Shown here in pieces: positions 41,552 to 50,672 of a stretch of 64,000 nt of DNA. The stretch spans positions 1-64,000 of the forward strand of contig JARKSN010000275.1 in NCBI GenBank assembly GCA_029974275.1. The letters run 5' to 3'. A program made the translations under genes and the position numbers. Source of the DNA: Candidatus Hydrogenedentota bacterium (GTDB taxonomy: Bacteria > Hydrogenedentota > Hydrogenedentia > Hydrogenedentales > SLHB01). Within the stretch, counting starts at the first letter, position 1; the number at the start of each line of letters is the position of its first letter. Under the pieces are notes generated by a model. It was given only the letters and a program-made list of their open reading frames with translations, ran no database searches and was not told where the DNA came from.

Positions 41552-41877
41552 GAGCGCCTGCTTCCTCCATCATGGGCTTCGCGTCGGCCCGGTTGATTGC
41601 GGGACTTTCTGCAGCATCCGATCCTATCAAACCATATTGCGGCCCAAGGCGCAACCTGTTTGGAGACCGGGAACCAAGAATTGTTGGCCGGAACATTGTC
41701 CGGCGAGATTGGCTGAAAGACAGGGGATGCCCATGGAACGTGCCTCAGATGAGTGCGCCGGGAAGAGGAAACCCGATTTCGGGCATGAGAGAGGGGTGCT
41801 TGCATGAGATAAACCACGTCATGACAAAAAGATAGGGAAAATTGTGCCGATCGGCATGAAACGTGCTCTGCTCTGGC

Positions 41878-42729
41878 ATGATTCCTGGGCAGCATAAAAG
41901 CGCGATTCGGCGTTGTCTGCTGGGCATGGCGTCGGCGATGTTGGCCGGCGGCGTGACGTGGGCCGACCCTCCCGAATTGAAGGTGACTCCGGAGGAGGGG
42001 ACTTTCCGGACGGGGCGTCCCTTTCATGTTCGTTGTGAAGTGCAGTGGCCAGGCGATCCGGCGGCCTATGCCGTGCCGCCTGTTGAGATAGGCGCTATCG
42101 ACTGGGGCTCGGTCGCGACGGGCCCCAGCGAGGCGACCGTTCGCGATGGGATGAATGTGGTGTCGCAGACGATCACGATCACCCCCAACCAATCGGGAAC
42201 ATTCACATTGCCAGAGATAAAAGTTGCTCTTCAGGGCCCCGAGGCTCCTCCCGCGCCGGCGACTTCCGAGTCCCCAACGCACCCCGGCGAAACGAGCGTT
42301 CCCCAACCGCTCCTTTCGTTCCCCCAGTCTGTCTCGGTATATCCGGACAGAACCTCCGCATGGGTCGTCGGCATCCTCGGGGCCCTCCCCCCCTTTTTGC
42401 TGGGCATATGGCTTGTCCGCCGGAAACGGCGCAGGGCGATCGGGGCTGAGATGCCGGCGTCTCCGGCATCGCAGGCGGATATCGAGTCCGCGTTGCAGGC
42501 GGCGCGTCAACACAGAATCGATGGCGATTTTTACGGATTCTACCGCGAACTTAGCCGGACTGCGGAACCGCTCGCGCCCTATGACGGCGAGTTGGGCCAG
42601 GTGATGGCGGAGCGGCTGCGGCAGACGGGATATGGCGGATTGCGCCCGTCCGAGGATATGATGGACGGCGATTTTCGCGCCGTAGAGCGCGCGTTTGAGC
42701 GATGCCGGGCGCAAGGGCATTGCATGTAA
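41878..42729 (+). CDS. BatD-like membrane protein (signal peptide, Ig-like domain, TM)
   Basis: 'ITITPNQSGTFTLP' BatD-type strand; TM followed by 'RRKRRR'; first gene of the bat cluster; start uncertain. Confidence 0.6.
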   Translation: MIPGQHKSAIRRCLLGMASAMLAGGVTWADPPELKVTPEEGTFRTGRPFHVRCEVQWPGDPAAYAVPPVEIGAIDWGSVATGPSEATVRDGMNVVSQTITITPNQSGTFTLPEIKVALQGPEAPPAPATSESPTHPGETSVPQPLLSFPQSVSVYPDRTSAWVVGILGALPPFLLGIWLVRRKRRRAIGAEMPASPASQADIESALQAARQHRIDGDFYGFYRELSRTAEPLAPYDGELGQVMAERLRQTGYGGLRPSEDMMDGDFRAVERAFERCRAQGHCM

Positions 42730-42785
42730 CATCGTGATCGGCTGCAATCAAGCGGCTGCGGAAGCCGGAAAGGGAGTGGCGTGAA

Positions 42786-43775
42786 ATGACCGTGTCCGTG
42801 GAGAGTATCCGGAGAAATGTCGAGGCGCAGTCGCGCTTTGTGAGCAGACTCAGGTCCGAAATCGCCCGCGTGATCGTTGGACAACAGTACATGGTGGACC
42901 GACTGCTGGTTGGGTTGCTCGCCAATGGACACATCCTCGTCGAAGGCGTGCCGGGCCTTGCCAAAACCACAGCCGTCAAGACCTTGGCCCAGGCGCTGGA
43001 CTGCAAGTTCAGCCGCATCCAGTTCACTCCGGACCTGCTCCCCGCCGACCTTATCGGCACGATGGTCTACAGTCCGAAAGACGGCGGCTTCACCACGAAA
43101 AAAGGCCCGATCTTCGGCAATATTATCCTCGCGGACGAAATCAACCGTGCGCCCGCCAAAGTGCAGAGCGCGCTTCTCGAGGCGATGCAGGAGCGGCAAG
43201 TCACCATCGGCGAATCGAGCTATGCCCTCGAAGAGCCATTCATGGTTTTGGCGACGCAGAATCCAATCGAGCAGGAAGGCACCTATCCGCTGCCGGAAGC
43301 CCAACTCGACCGGTTCATGCTCAAGCTCAAGGTCGTGTACCCGACGAAGGCCGAAGAGCGCGAGATCATGGACCGCGTGGACATTCTTCATGCCGCCGAA
43401 GTCCATCCCGTCGTGATGAAGCGCGAGATTGTCGAGGCGCGCGAAGTGGTCAACCAGATTTACGTCGACGACAAGGCGAAAAACTACATCGTCGACATTG
43501 TCCAAGCGACGCGCCACCCGGACGCGTTCGGCTTGACGAACCTCAAGAACCTGATCGAGTATGGCGCGTCGCCCCGCGCGACGATCTACCTCCAACAGGC
43601 GGCGCGCGCCTTGGCCTTCCTCCAGGGCGAAGGCAACGTCTTCCCGAACGACGTCAAGCAAGTGGCCATGGACGTCCTGCGTCACCGCGTCGTGATCACG
43701 TACGAGGCGGAAGCCGAAAACATGACCAGCGAAGACATCATCCGGCGTATCCTCGAAACCGTCCCCGTGCCGTAA
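42786..43775 (+). CDS. moxR: MoxR family AAA+ ATPase
   Basis: 'EGVPGLAKT', '[10 protein letters not shown]', 'ADEINRAP', '[22 protein letters not shown]'. Confidence 0.95.
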   Translation: MTVSVESIRRNVEAQSRFVSRLRSEIARVIVGQQYMVDRLLVGLLANGHILVEGVPGLAKTTAVKTLAQALDCKFSRIQFTPDLLPADLIGTMVYSPKDGGFTTKKGPIFGNIILADEINRAPAKVQSALLEAMQERQVTIGESSYALEEPFMVLATQNPIEQEGTYPLPEAQLDRFMLKLKVVYPTKAEEREIMDRVDILHAAEVHPVVMKREIVEAREVVNQIYVDDKAKNYIVDIVQATRHPDAFGLTNLKNLIEYGASPRATIYLQQAARALAFLQGEGNVFPNDVKQVAMDVLRHRVVITYEAEAENMTSEDIIRRILETVPVP

Positions 43776-43790
43776 GAGAAGAATTAAGAC

Positions 43791-43831
43791 TCACCACGGA
43801 GACACAGAGGGCACGGAGAAAACACGGAGAA
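43791..43831 (+). repeat. Left arm of 41-bp inverted repeat flanking the GxxExxY gene
   Basis: TCACCACGGAGACACAGAGGGCACGGAGAAAACACGGAGAA matches the reverse complement of 44293-44333 at 40 of 41 positions. Confidence 0.95.
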
Positions 43832-43855
43832 GAAGAGAGTAGGGGAAAGAGAACA

Positions 43856-44251
43856 ATGCGGTTGGATGTGGACAGGGAGCGGGCGAACGAGATAGCGGGA
43901 CTTCTTATTGGGGCTGCTATCGAAGTGCATAGAGAGCTTGGCCCTGGGCTACTTGAATCGACATATGAGGAGTGCCTATGTAAGGAGTTGGAACTACGGG
44001 GAATCCAACACCAACGACAAGTGGCGCTTCCGGTCACCTACAAAGGTGTCCGCGTTGATTGCGGCTATCGTATGGATGTTTTGGTCGAAGATACAGTGGT
44101 TGTTGAATTGAAGGCAGTTGAAGATATCGAGCCCATATACAAAGCGCAGTTGCTGACGTATCTCCGTCACAGTAATCGGTGGTTGGGCCTGCTTATCAAC
44201 TTCAACGTTCCGGTGCTCAAAGATGGAATCACACGGTTGGTCAATGGTTAG
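43856..44251 (+). CDS. GxxExxY protein (PD-(D/E)xK nuclease-like fold)
   Basis: '[14 protein letters not shown]', '[17 protein letters not shown]', 'AQLLTYL', 'GLLINFN'; 131 aa; more A/T at third codon positions. Confidence 0.92.
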   Translation: MRLDVDRERANEIAGLLIGAAIEVHRELGPGLLESTYEECLCKELELRGIQHQRQVALPVTYKGVRVDCGYRMDVLVEDTVVVELKAVEDIEPIYKAQLLTYLRHSNRWLGLLINFNVPVLKDGITRLVNG

Positions 44252-44292
44252 AGGACGTTCAATAAGCGAGAAGGACCGCACACAGGCGCTCT

Positions 44293-44333
44293 TTCTCCGT
44301 GTTTTCTCCGTGCCCTCCGTGTCTCCGTGGTGA
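44293..44333 (-). repeat. Right arm of 41-bp inverted repeat flanking the GxxExxY gene
   Basis: TTCTCCGTGTTTTCTCCGTGCCCTCCGTGTCTCCGTGGTGA; ends 7 nt before the DUF58 ATG. Confidence 0.95.
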
Positions 44334-44340
44334 ATCTTCA

Positions 44341-45219
44341 ATGATACCTCAGGAAGTCATTCAACAGATTCGCCGGATACAAATCCGGACGAGCCATGTC
44401 GTGAACGACATCCTCGCGGGCCAGTATGAGAGCGTGTTCAAGGGCCGTGGGATGGAGTTCAAAGAGGTGCGCGAGTACGTGCCGGGCGACGATATCCGGA
44501 CGATCGACTGGAACGTGACCGCGCGCACCGGAGCGCCGTATGTGAAGCTGCTCGCCGAGGAGCGCGAGTTGACGGTGATGCTGATGGTCGATGCGAGCGC
44601 CTCGGGCCATTTCGGCAGTATGACGCGTTTCAAGAACGAACTCGCGGCGGAATTGTGCGCGGTCCTCGCGTTTTCGGCCATCAAGAACAACGATAAAGTC
44701 GGCTTGATTGTCTTCACGGACGATGTCGAGTTGTACGTGCCGCCTGCGAAAGGCCGTCGGCACGTGCTGCGCGTGATTCGCGAGGCGCTCTACTTCAAGC
44801 CGAAAGGCCGCGGAACGAACATCCCGCGCGCACTGCATTTCTTGAACGGCGTCACGCGGCGCCGCGCGGTGACGTTTCTCGTGTCGGATTTCATGGCCGA
44901 CGATTACGAGACGCCGCTACGCATTGCGAACCGGCGGCACGACATAATCGCGGTTTCAATTACGGATCCGCGTGAGGAGCAACTGCCCAATATCGGTCTC
45001 ATTGCCGTGTGCGATGCCGAGTCCGGGCGCGAGACCGTGGTAGACACCGGCGACAAGTCCGTGCGCGACGCCTATGCCAAGGAAGCGGCGGCGCGTGCGC
45101 GTGCGCGCGATCAGGTGTTTCAGCGGACGCGCGTCGACGCGATTCGCGTGCGAACGGACAAGCCGTATGTCGAGGAAATATACCGGTTCTTCCGCATGCG
45201 CGAGCGGCGGTATGCGTAA
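44341..45219 (+). CDS. DUF58 protein (MoxR partner)
   Basis: 'FKGRGMEFKEVREYVPGDDIRTIDWNVTAR', 'EEREL', 'DASAS', 'SDF'. Confidence 0.92.
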   Translation: MIPQEVIQQIRRIQIRTSHVVNDILAGQYESVFKGRGMEFKEVREYVPGDDIRTIDWNVTARTGAPYVKLLAEERELTVMLMVDASASGHFGSMTRFKNELAAELCAVLAFSAIKNNDKVGLIVFTDDVELYVPPAKGRRHVLRVIREALYFKPKGRGTNIPRALHFLNGVTRRRAVTFLVSDFMADDYETPLRIANRRHDIIAVSITDPREEQLPNIGLIAVCDAESGRETVVDTGDKSVRDAYAKEAAARARARDQVFQRTRVDAIRVRTDKPYVEEIYRFFRMRERRYA

Positions 45220-45237
45220 AGGAGATGGCGCAGCATC

Positions 45238-46548
45238 ATGAGCGACCAAACGCCAGAACGTCTTCAAGCCTTCCGGGCGCAGTATCAACCGCCGGCGCGA
45301 TCGGGGCGCGGGTGGTTTGTCGTGTTGACGCTGCTGCTGGTTGCGGGATTTGCAGGAGTCTTTGCGCTGTTGCTTGTGCCGTCGTCGCCGGTTCGTAAGG
45401 GGGCGGTCCCGGCGGGCGCGTCTGCCGGGCTCGACGCCGAAACACAGCGCCAATACGCCGCGTACCTTGCCGAAAAGAACCTGCCGCAAGAGGCCATCGC
45501 CGCGTACGAGGCCTATCTCGGCAAGGCCCCGCTCGACAACGATGCCCGCGCGAAAATCCAACTGGGCATTGCGAAACTGGCGATCGATAGCAAACAATAC
45601 GAACGGGCCCTGGCGAATTTGTATCAGGCGGAAATGCTTGCGCCGAAGTCCGACCTCAAACCGGAAATCGACAAACGCATTGTGCAGTGTTTGGATGTGC
45701 TCGGACGATCGTCCGACCTCAAGCGCGAACTCAAAGGACGCACGAGTCTCAAACGTACCGCGCAAGATCTAAAGCCAGGCGAAACCGTCCTGGCGGAGTT
45801 CATCGGTCAGGTCATCACCGATCGCGATCTGGACAACGAGATCGACAAATTGCCTGCGTCCGCGCGCAAAACGTTCGACGATCCGGAGAAGCGTAAGGAC
45901 CTGCTGAAGAACATGGTCGTCGAGCGGGTATTGCTCGACAAAGCCGTGCGGCAGGGGCTTGATGAGGATCCGAAGATACAGGAACAGTTGGCGCAAGAGC
46001 GCGATCAACTCATCGTGCGCAGACTGATCGAAGACCAAGTGCGTTCAAAGGTCATCGTTACGCCCGAGGACGCGGAGCGCTTCTACAAGGCGGAGTCGGC
46101 GCGGTTCACGACGCCTGGATCCGCCGAGGTGCGCGTTGAGTCGGCGGCAACGAAGCAGGATGCGGAAGCGATACAGGAATGGAAGCAAGCGCCGGTGACG
46201 GTGCGCGAAGGCGGGCGGTTGCCGAATGTCGCGAAGAGTGATGATTTCGTGAAGGACATTTTCGTGGCGGACGCGGGCAAGCGCGTTGGTCCGACGGAGA
46301 TCGACGGGAAGTGGTATATCGCCGAGGTGGTGTCGAAAAAACCGGCACAGGTGCATCCGTACGAGGAAGTGAAGGACCAAGCCTTGCAGATGCTCCAATA
46401 TCAAAAGGAACAGGAGCAGTTGCAGGACTTGTTGGATGAAACATTGAAGTCGCAGGGCGTCGCGTTGCACCTGGAACGGCTTGCTCCGTCCGAAGGCAGC
46501 GCGACTCCGTCGGCGACATCGGCATCGGAAGTAAAAGCATCATCATGA
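45238..46548 (+). CDS. Membrane-anchored TPR plus PrsA/SurA-like chaperone
   Basis: N-terminal TM, TPR pair, SurA-N-like 'ITDRDLD...ERVLLDKA...GLDEDP', degenerate parvulin region. Confidence 0.7.
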   Translation: MSDQTPERLQAFRAQYQPPARSGRGWFVVLTLLLVAGFAGVFALLLVPSSPVRKGAVPAGASAGLDAETQRQYAAYLAEKNLPQEAIAAYEAYLGKAPLDNDARAKIQLGIAKLAIDSKQYERALANLYQAEMLAPKSDLKPEIDKRIVQCLDVLGRSSDLKRELKGRTSLKRTAQDLKPGETVLAEFIGQVITDRDLDNEIDKLPASARKTFDDPEKRKDLLKNMVVERVLLDKAVRQGLDEDPKIQEQLAQERDQLIVRRLIEDQVRSKVIVTPEDAERFYKAESARFTTPGSAEVRVESAATKQDAEAIQEWKQAPVTVREGGRLPNVAKSDDFVKDIFVADAGKRVGPTEIDGKWYIAEVVSKKPAQVHPYEEVKDQALQMLQYQKEQEQLQDLLDETLKSQGVALHLERLAPSEGSATPSATSASEVKASS

Positions 46549-47525
46549 AGTGGATGAGCATTCTGGCCGCGATCGCGTTTTGCGCCGTTGCCTACGCGGA
46601 GCCAGAAAACAGCGCAGGCGCACAAGGAACGGGCGGCATCGTCGATACGCCCGCGCCGGTCGACGTGCGCGTGTTGCTCGAACCCAACGTCATACCATTC
46701 CATCGGCAGGCGAAGTTCACGATTAGCGTGGAGGGTCCTGCGGATATGCCCGTAGAGATTGCGCCGATGGGTGGCAAGTTCGGCGGACTCGATATCTATG
46801 GTCAGCCGAAGCAAGATGTGCAGGCGCTGCGCGGCGGCCGCAAGCGCACATCCATCGCGTACGCAATTGAGCCAGTGTTCGCGGGCGTGTATGCCATCGC
46901 GCCGGTGGAAGTCACCTGGAACCAGACCAATAAACTGAAAACGCCGTCTCCTGCGTTGCGCGTCCGCGAACTCACGGACGAAGAGAAACAACAGGTCGCG
47001 CAATTCAACGCGGCGGCCGGGCCAGTCGACGCGCCTTTTGTGCGGACAGTGTATGTTTGGGTTGGCGCAGGCGTTCTCGCGGTCCTTGCCGTTGGGTTGT
47101 TGGCGTGGCTGTTTTTGTGCCGCCGCAAGAAGGTGGTCGCGCCGCCGCCCGCGTTGGCGTGGGAAGTGGCCTATGCGCGACTGCGTGCGCTCGACGAACG
47201 ACACTACGCACAGGCAGGCGAGTTCGAACCGTTTTATGTCGAGCTGTCGAGCATCTTGCGGCATTACATCGAAGACCGGTACCGGCTGCACGCGCCCGAA
47301 CAGACGACGCCAGAGTTCTTGGCGGCGTCTTCGGCGAGCGGCGTTTTTTCGCCCGAGCAGCAGCGGCTGCTTACGGCTTTTCTGCGGCATAGCGATCGCG
47401 TGAAGTTCGCAAAGCACACGCCCGCAACGGCGGACATGGAGCAGCATTTTGCGGACGTCCTGCGCTTCGTCGACGAGACGGTTCCGAAGCCAGAGCCCGC
47501 GTCCTCGCAGGAGGCCGCGGCATGA
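46545..47525 (+). CDS. Bat-associated membrane protein (Ig-like domain, TM, helical C-terminus)
   Basis: Signal peptide, TM, 'ILRHYIE...APEQTTPEFL...SDRVKFAK' typical of the gene preceding batA. Confidence 0.7.
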   Translation: MKWMSILAAIAFCAVAYAEPENSAGAQGTGGIVDTPAPVDVRVLLEPNVIPFHRQAKFTISVEGPADMPVEIAPMGGKFGGLDIYGQPKQDVQALRGGRKRTSIAYAIEPVFAGVYAIAPVEVTWNQTNKLKTPSPALRVRELTDEEKQQVAQFNAAAGPVDAPFVRTVYVWVGAGVLAVLAVGLLAWLFLCRRKKVVAPPPALAWEVAYARLRALDERHYAQAGEFEPFYVELSSILRHYIEDRYRLHAPEQTTPEFLAASSASGVFSPEQQRLLTAFLRHSDRVKFAKHTPATADMEQHFADVLRFVDETVPKPEPASSQEAAA

Positions 47526-48577
47526 TGCATCCGTTTTCTCTCTTCAGTTTTAGCGCATTGCTGCACCCGTGGTTTCTCGTGTTGCTCGTCGTTCCGTTGC
47601 TGGTGCTCCTGGCGGAGACAACCGCGCGTTCGGCGGGCGCGCTGAATGTTTCGACGGGCGATACGTTGGCGCGCATTCGCGGACGCAGGCGCGCCTTTAT
47701 GCGCAGACTTCCGGCCGTTTTGCGCGTCGCCGGGCTTGTCCTGCTCATTATCGCGATGGCGCGGCCTGTGCGCGGTTTGCAGCCGCGCCGGGACAGTCAG
47801 AACGTTATCGACATCATGCTATGCATCGACGTTTCTGGCAGCATGCGCGCGATGGATTTCGTCGCACAGGGCGCGCAACGCGATCGTCTCACGGTGACAA
47901 AGGACGCGGTATGCGATTTCATCGAGAAGCGCAAGAACCGCGTCGGGGATCGCTTCGGCATCGATCGCATCGGCCTGATTTTGTATGCGGGGTACGCGTG
48001 GACGCAGTGTCCGCTGACGCTTGACTACGATGTCCTGAGACGCGAGGTCGCCTTGGCGGCCATCGATGACGAAGACCCCAAAAAGAACGGGACCGCGATT
48101 GGGTCAGCCATAGGTTTGGCGGCGAGCAAACTGCGCAAGTCCGAGGCGAAAAGCAAGGTTGTCGTGCTGCTCACCGATGGACGCAACAACGCGGGCGAGC
48201 TTGACCCGATCACCGCCGCGCAGATCGCCAGCGATTTTGGCGTGCGCATCTACACCATCGGCGCGGGCACCGGCGGCGAAGTGCTTATCCCCACGCGCAG
48301 CCTGTTCGGCACAGTGATGCAGCCAACAAATTTGCCTATTGACGAGGATACGCTGAAGAAAATCGCCGCGACGACCAGCGGACGCTATTTCCGCGCCGCC
48401 GACACGGAATCGCTCGAGGGGGCGTATGACGAAATCAACAAACTCGAAAAGAGCGAGATTCAGATTGACGATTATTATGAACACGAGGACGTATTTGCGC
48501 CGTGGGCGATCCTAGGCGGCGCGGCGCTGGCGGCGTCGTTGTTTTCAAGACGTATGTGGTTCGAGACTGTCCCGTGA
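47522..48577 (+). CDS. batA: BatA vWA domain protein
   Basis: N-terminal double TM; MIDAS 'DVSGSM', 'PLTLD', 'GTAIG', 'LTDGRNN'. Confidence 0.88.
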   Translation: MMHPFSLFSFSALLHPWFLVLLVVPLLVLLAETTARSAGALNVSTGDTLARIRGRRRAFMRRLPAVLRVAGLVLLIIAMARPVRGLQPRRDSQNVIDIMLCIDVSGSMRAMDFVAQGAQRDRLTVTKDAVCDFIEKRKNRVGDRFGIDRIGLILYAGYAWTQCPLTLDYDVLRREVALAAIDDEDPKKNGTAIGSAIGLAASKLRKSEAKSKVVVLLTDGRNNAGELDPITAAQIASDFGVRIYTIGAGTGGEVLIPTRSLFGTVMQPTNLPIDEDTLKKIAATTSGRYFRAADTESLEGAYDEINKLEKSEIQIDDYYEHEDVFAPWAILGGAALAASLFSRRMWFETVP

Positions 48578-48607
48578 TGGCGTGAAAGGCCAAACAGGAA
48601 CGCAGGC

Positions 48608-49702
48608 ATGGCGCTGAAATTCGCATTTCCGACGAGCCAGTTGCACTGGTGGCTGTTGATGGCCGCCGGATTCATCGCGCTTGTCGTGTGGTTGTTGGCG
48701 GCGTTGGAGCGCCGGCGCCGCGCGCGGCTCGATCTGTTCGTGGCCGCGACGCTGGCTTCGCGGTTACTGCCGGGCTACGATGCCGCTGTCCGCAAACCGC
48801 TGTTCTGGTTGACCGTGATCGGGTTCGCCGCGCTGACGATCGCCTTGGCGCAGCCGCGCTGGGGCCAAGCTTGGCAGGAGACACAACGCGAGAGCCGGGA
48901 CATTTTGGTGCTGTTGGACACGTCCGAGAGCATGAACGCCGCCAATCCGCTGCCAACACGGATGCACCGCGCGAAACAAAAAATCCTATCACTCCTCGAG
49001 AAGCGCTCGGGCGATCGCTTTGGGCTGATCGCCTTTGCGGGGGCGGCGGAGCTGCAATGCCCCTTGACCCTCGATCACGGCTATTTCCGAGCCGTGCTCA
49101 ATGCCGTCGATACCGACACAATCAGCCGGAAAGGAACGGATATCGCCTCGGCCCTGGCGACCGCCGTCAAGACGTTTCAAAAAGACGAGGAAAGCACCGG
49201 ATATGCGAACAAAGACACGCGCGCCGTTTTTCTGATTTCCGATGGCGAGCAAGTTTCGGGCGACGCAGTCAAAGCGGCGGAGGCGGCTTCGAAGTACGCG
49301 CACGTGATTGTCATGGGCGTGGGCGATCCAAACGGCACGGAGTTGAAAATGCCCGATATCATGGGCCGATATCGGACTGTCATGGACGGCGGCAAGCCGC
49401 ACATCTCGAAGCTGGACGAGGAGACCCTGCGGAAAGTTGCGGCGGCGGGCAATGGGGCGTATACGCGCGCGATCATCGAGTCCTGGGACGTGGACCAGAT
49501 TCACGAACGCATCGACACGTTGGCGCGGCGCAGCATGGAGAGCGATATTCGCTATCGCCTGGTGAACCGCTACCAATGGCCGTTGGCGGTTGCGCTGTTC
49601 TGCTTCGCGGGCGAAGGCGCATGGCTCGCGGCGATGCCGTGGGTGCGCCGGTGGCGGCTGCATCGGCAGGCGCGCGTCGCAGGAGAGCCAGATCATGCGT
49701 AA
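48608..49702 (+). CDS. batB: BatB vWA domain protein
   Basis: 'AQPRWG', 'DTSESM', 'FAG...PLTLD', 'ISDGE', 'SKLDEETL', 'RYQW'. Confidence 0.85.
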   Translation: MALKFAFPTSQLHWWLLMAAGFIALVVWLLAALERRRRARLDLFVAATLASRLLPGYDAAVRKPLFWLTVIGFAALTIALAQPRWGQAWQETQRESRDILVLLDTSESMNAANPLPTRMHRAKQKILSLLEKRSGDRFGLIAFAGAAELQCPLTLDHGYFRAVLNAVDTDTISRKGTDIASALATAVKTFQKDEESTGYANKDTRAVFLISDGEQVSGDAVKAAEAASKYAHVIVMGVGDPNGTELKMPDIMGRYRTVMDGGKPHISKLDEETLRKVAAAGNGAYTRAIIESWDVDQIHERIDTLARRSMESDIRYRLVNRYQWPLAVALFCFAGEGAWLAAMPWVRRWRLHRQARVAGEPDHA

Positions 49703-50672
49703 GGCATTGTTCATAACGGCGCTCGCGCTGCTGGCGTCGTGGCGTGGCGCGGAGGCGGAATCCTTCCGCGCGCGTTTCAATCACGCAAATGCATTGCTTC
49801 GTTCCGGCGATGCGCAAACCGCCTTGTCGCGCTACAAAGATTTGCAGATCGAAGAGCCGGAATCCGACAAGTTGTATTACAACATCGGCTGCGCGCAGTA
49901 TGAGGAAGGCCGCAAGCACGTAGAAGGCAACGATCCCGACGCCGCCCAAGCGAGCTTTCGGGAGGCGATTGCTTCGTTCGAGCAGGCGCTTCACAGTCCG
50001 GACGCGCGGATACGCCGCGACGCCGCATATAATGCGGCCAACGCCCAGGCGCAGTCGGCGCTTGCGATGCTGCAGTCCAGGCCGCGGGAAGGCATCGATG
50101 GGATAAAGAACGCCATAGAAGGATACGAGCGTTTTCTCGAAAGATATCCGGACCACCAAGGCGCCCGCGACAATCTGGACCATATGCGGTATACGCTGAA
50201 GCAGTTGTTGCAGGAGGCCCAAAAGCAGCCAGAGCAGCAGAAGGATCAGCAGCAGCAGCAACAGGGCGATCAGCAAGACAAGGACAAGCAGAACGGCCAG
50301 CAAGGGCAACAAGACGAGCCGCAGCAGACGCAGACGGCGCAGAGCGCCGGGTCCGAAGGCGAACAAGATCAGCAAAAGGACGAAGCGGAGGAGAAGGAAC
50401 TGGAGACTGCCCAGCAACAGCAGTCGGAACAGGACAAAGCGAAGCAGAACGAAGACAAAGACAAGGAAGCGCAACAGCAGACTGCGGGTGAACAAAAGGA
50501 AAGCCCGCAAAAGGCCGCCGAGACCCAGGCTGCACCGGAACAGTCTGCGGCGCCGCGCGACAAACAAACGGTGGATGCGTTGCTGCAATCGATAGAGGAC
50601 CAAGACAAACGCGAGCAGCGCAATTTGCGGGATGATCAGAACAATATCCGTGCGCCGAAGGAATGGTGGTAA
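49695..50672 (+). CDS. batC: BatC-like TPR protein with Gln-rich linker
   Basis: Signal peptide, TPRs, Q/E/K low-complexity tract, C-terminal 'KEWW'. Confidence 0.8.
   Translation: MRKALFITALALLASWRGAEAESFRARFNHANALLRSGDAQTALSRYKDLQIEEPESDKLYYNIGCAQYEEGRKHVEGNDPDAAQASFREAIASFEQALHSPDARIRRDAAYNAANAQAQSALAMLQSRPREGIDGIKNAIEGYERFLERYPDHQGARDNLDHMRYTLKQLLQEAQKQPEQQKDQQQQQQGDQQDKDKQNGQQGQQDEPQQTQTAQSAGSEGEQDQQKDEAEEKELETAQQQQSEQDKAKQNEDKDKEAQQQTAGEQKESPQKAAETQAAPEQSAAPRDKQTVDALLQSIEDQDKREQRNLRDDQNNIRAPKEWW
50221..50480 (+). repeat. CAG/CAA-rich low-complexity coding tract
   Basis: Poly-Gln and QDK repeats inside batC. Confidence 0.7.

Noticed and set aside
43791..44333. Repeats as a CRISPR array or a classical IS
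   Set aside because: There are only two arms, in inverted orientation, with no spacers, no cas genes, no DDE/HUH motif, and no evident target duplication.
50221..50480. CAG tract as a contingency or phase-variation locus
   Set aside because: It is an in-frame, imperfect, Gln-rich linker typical of BatC.
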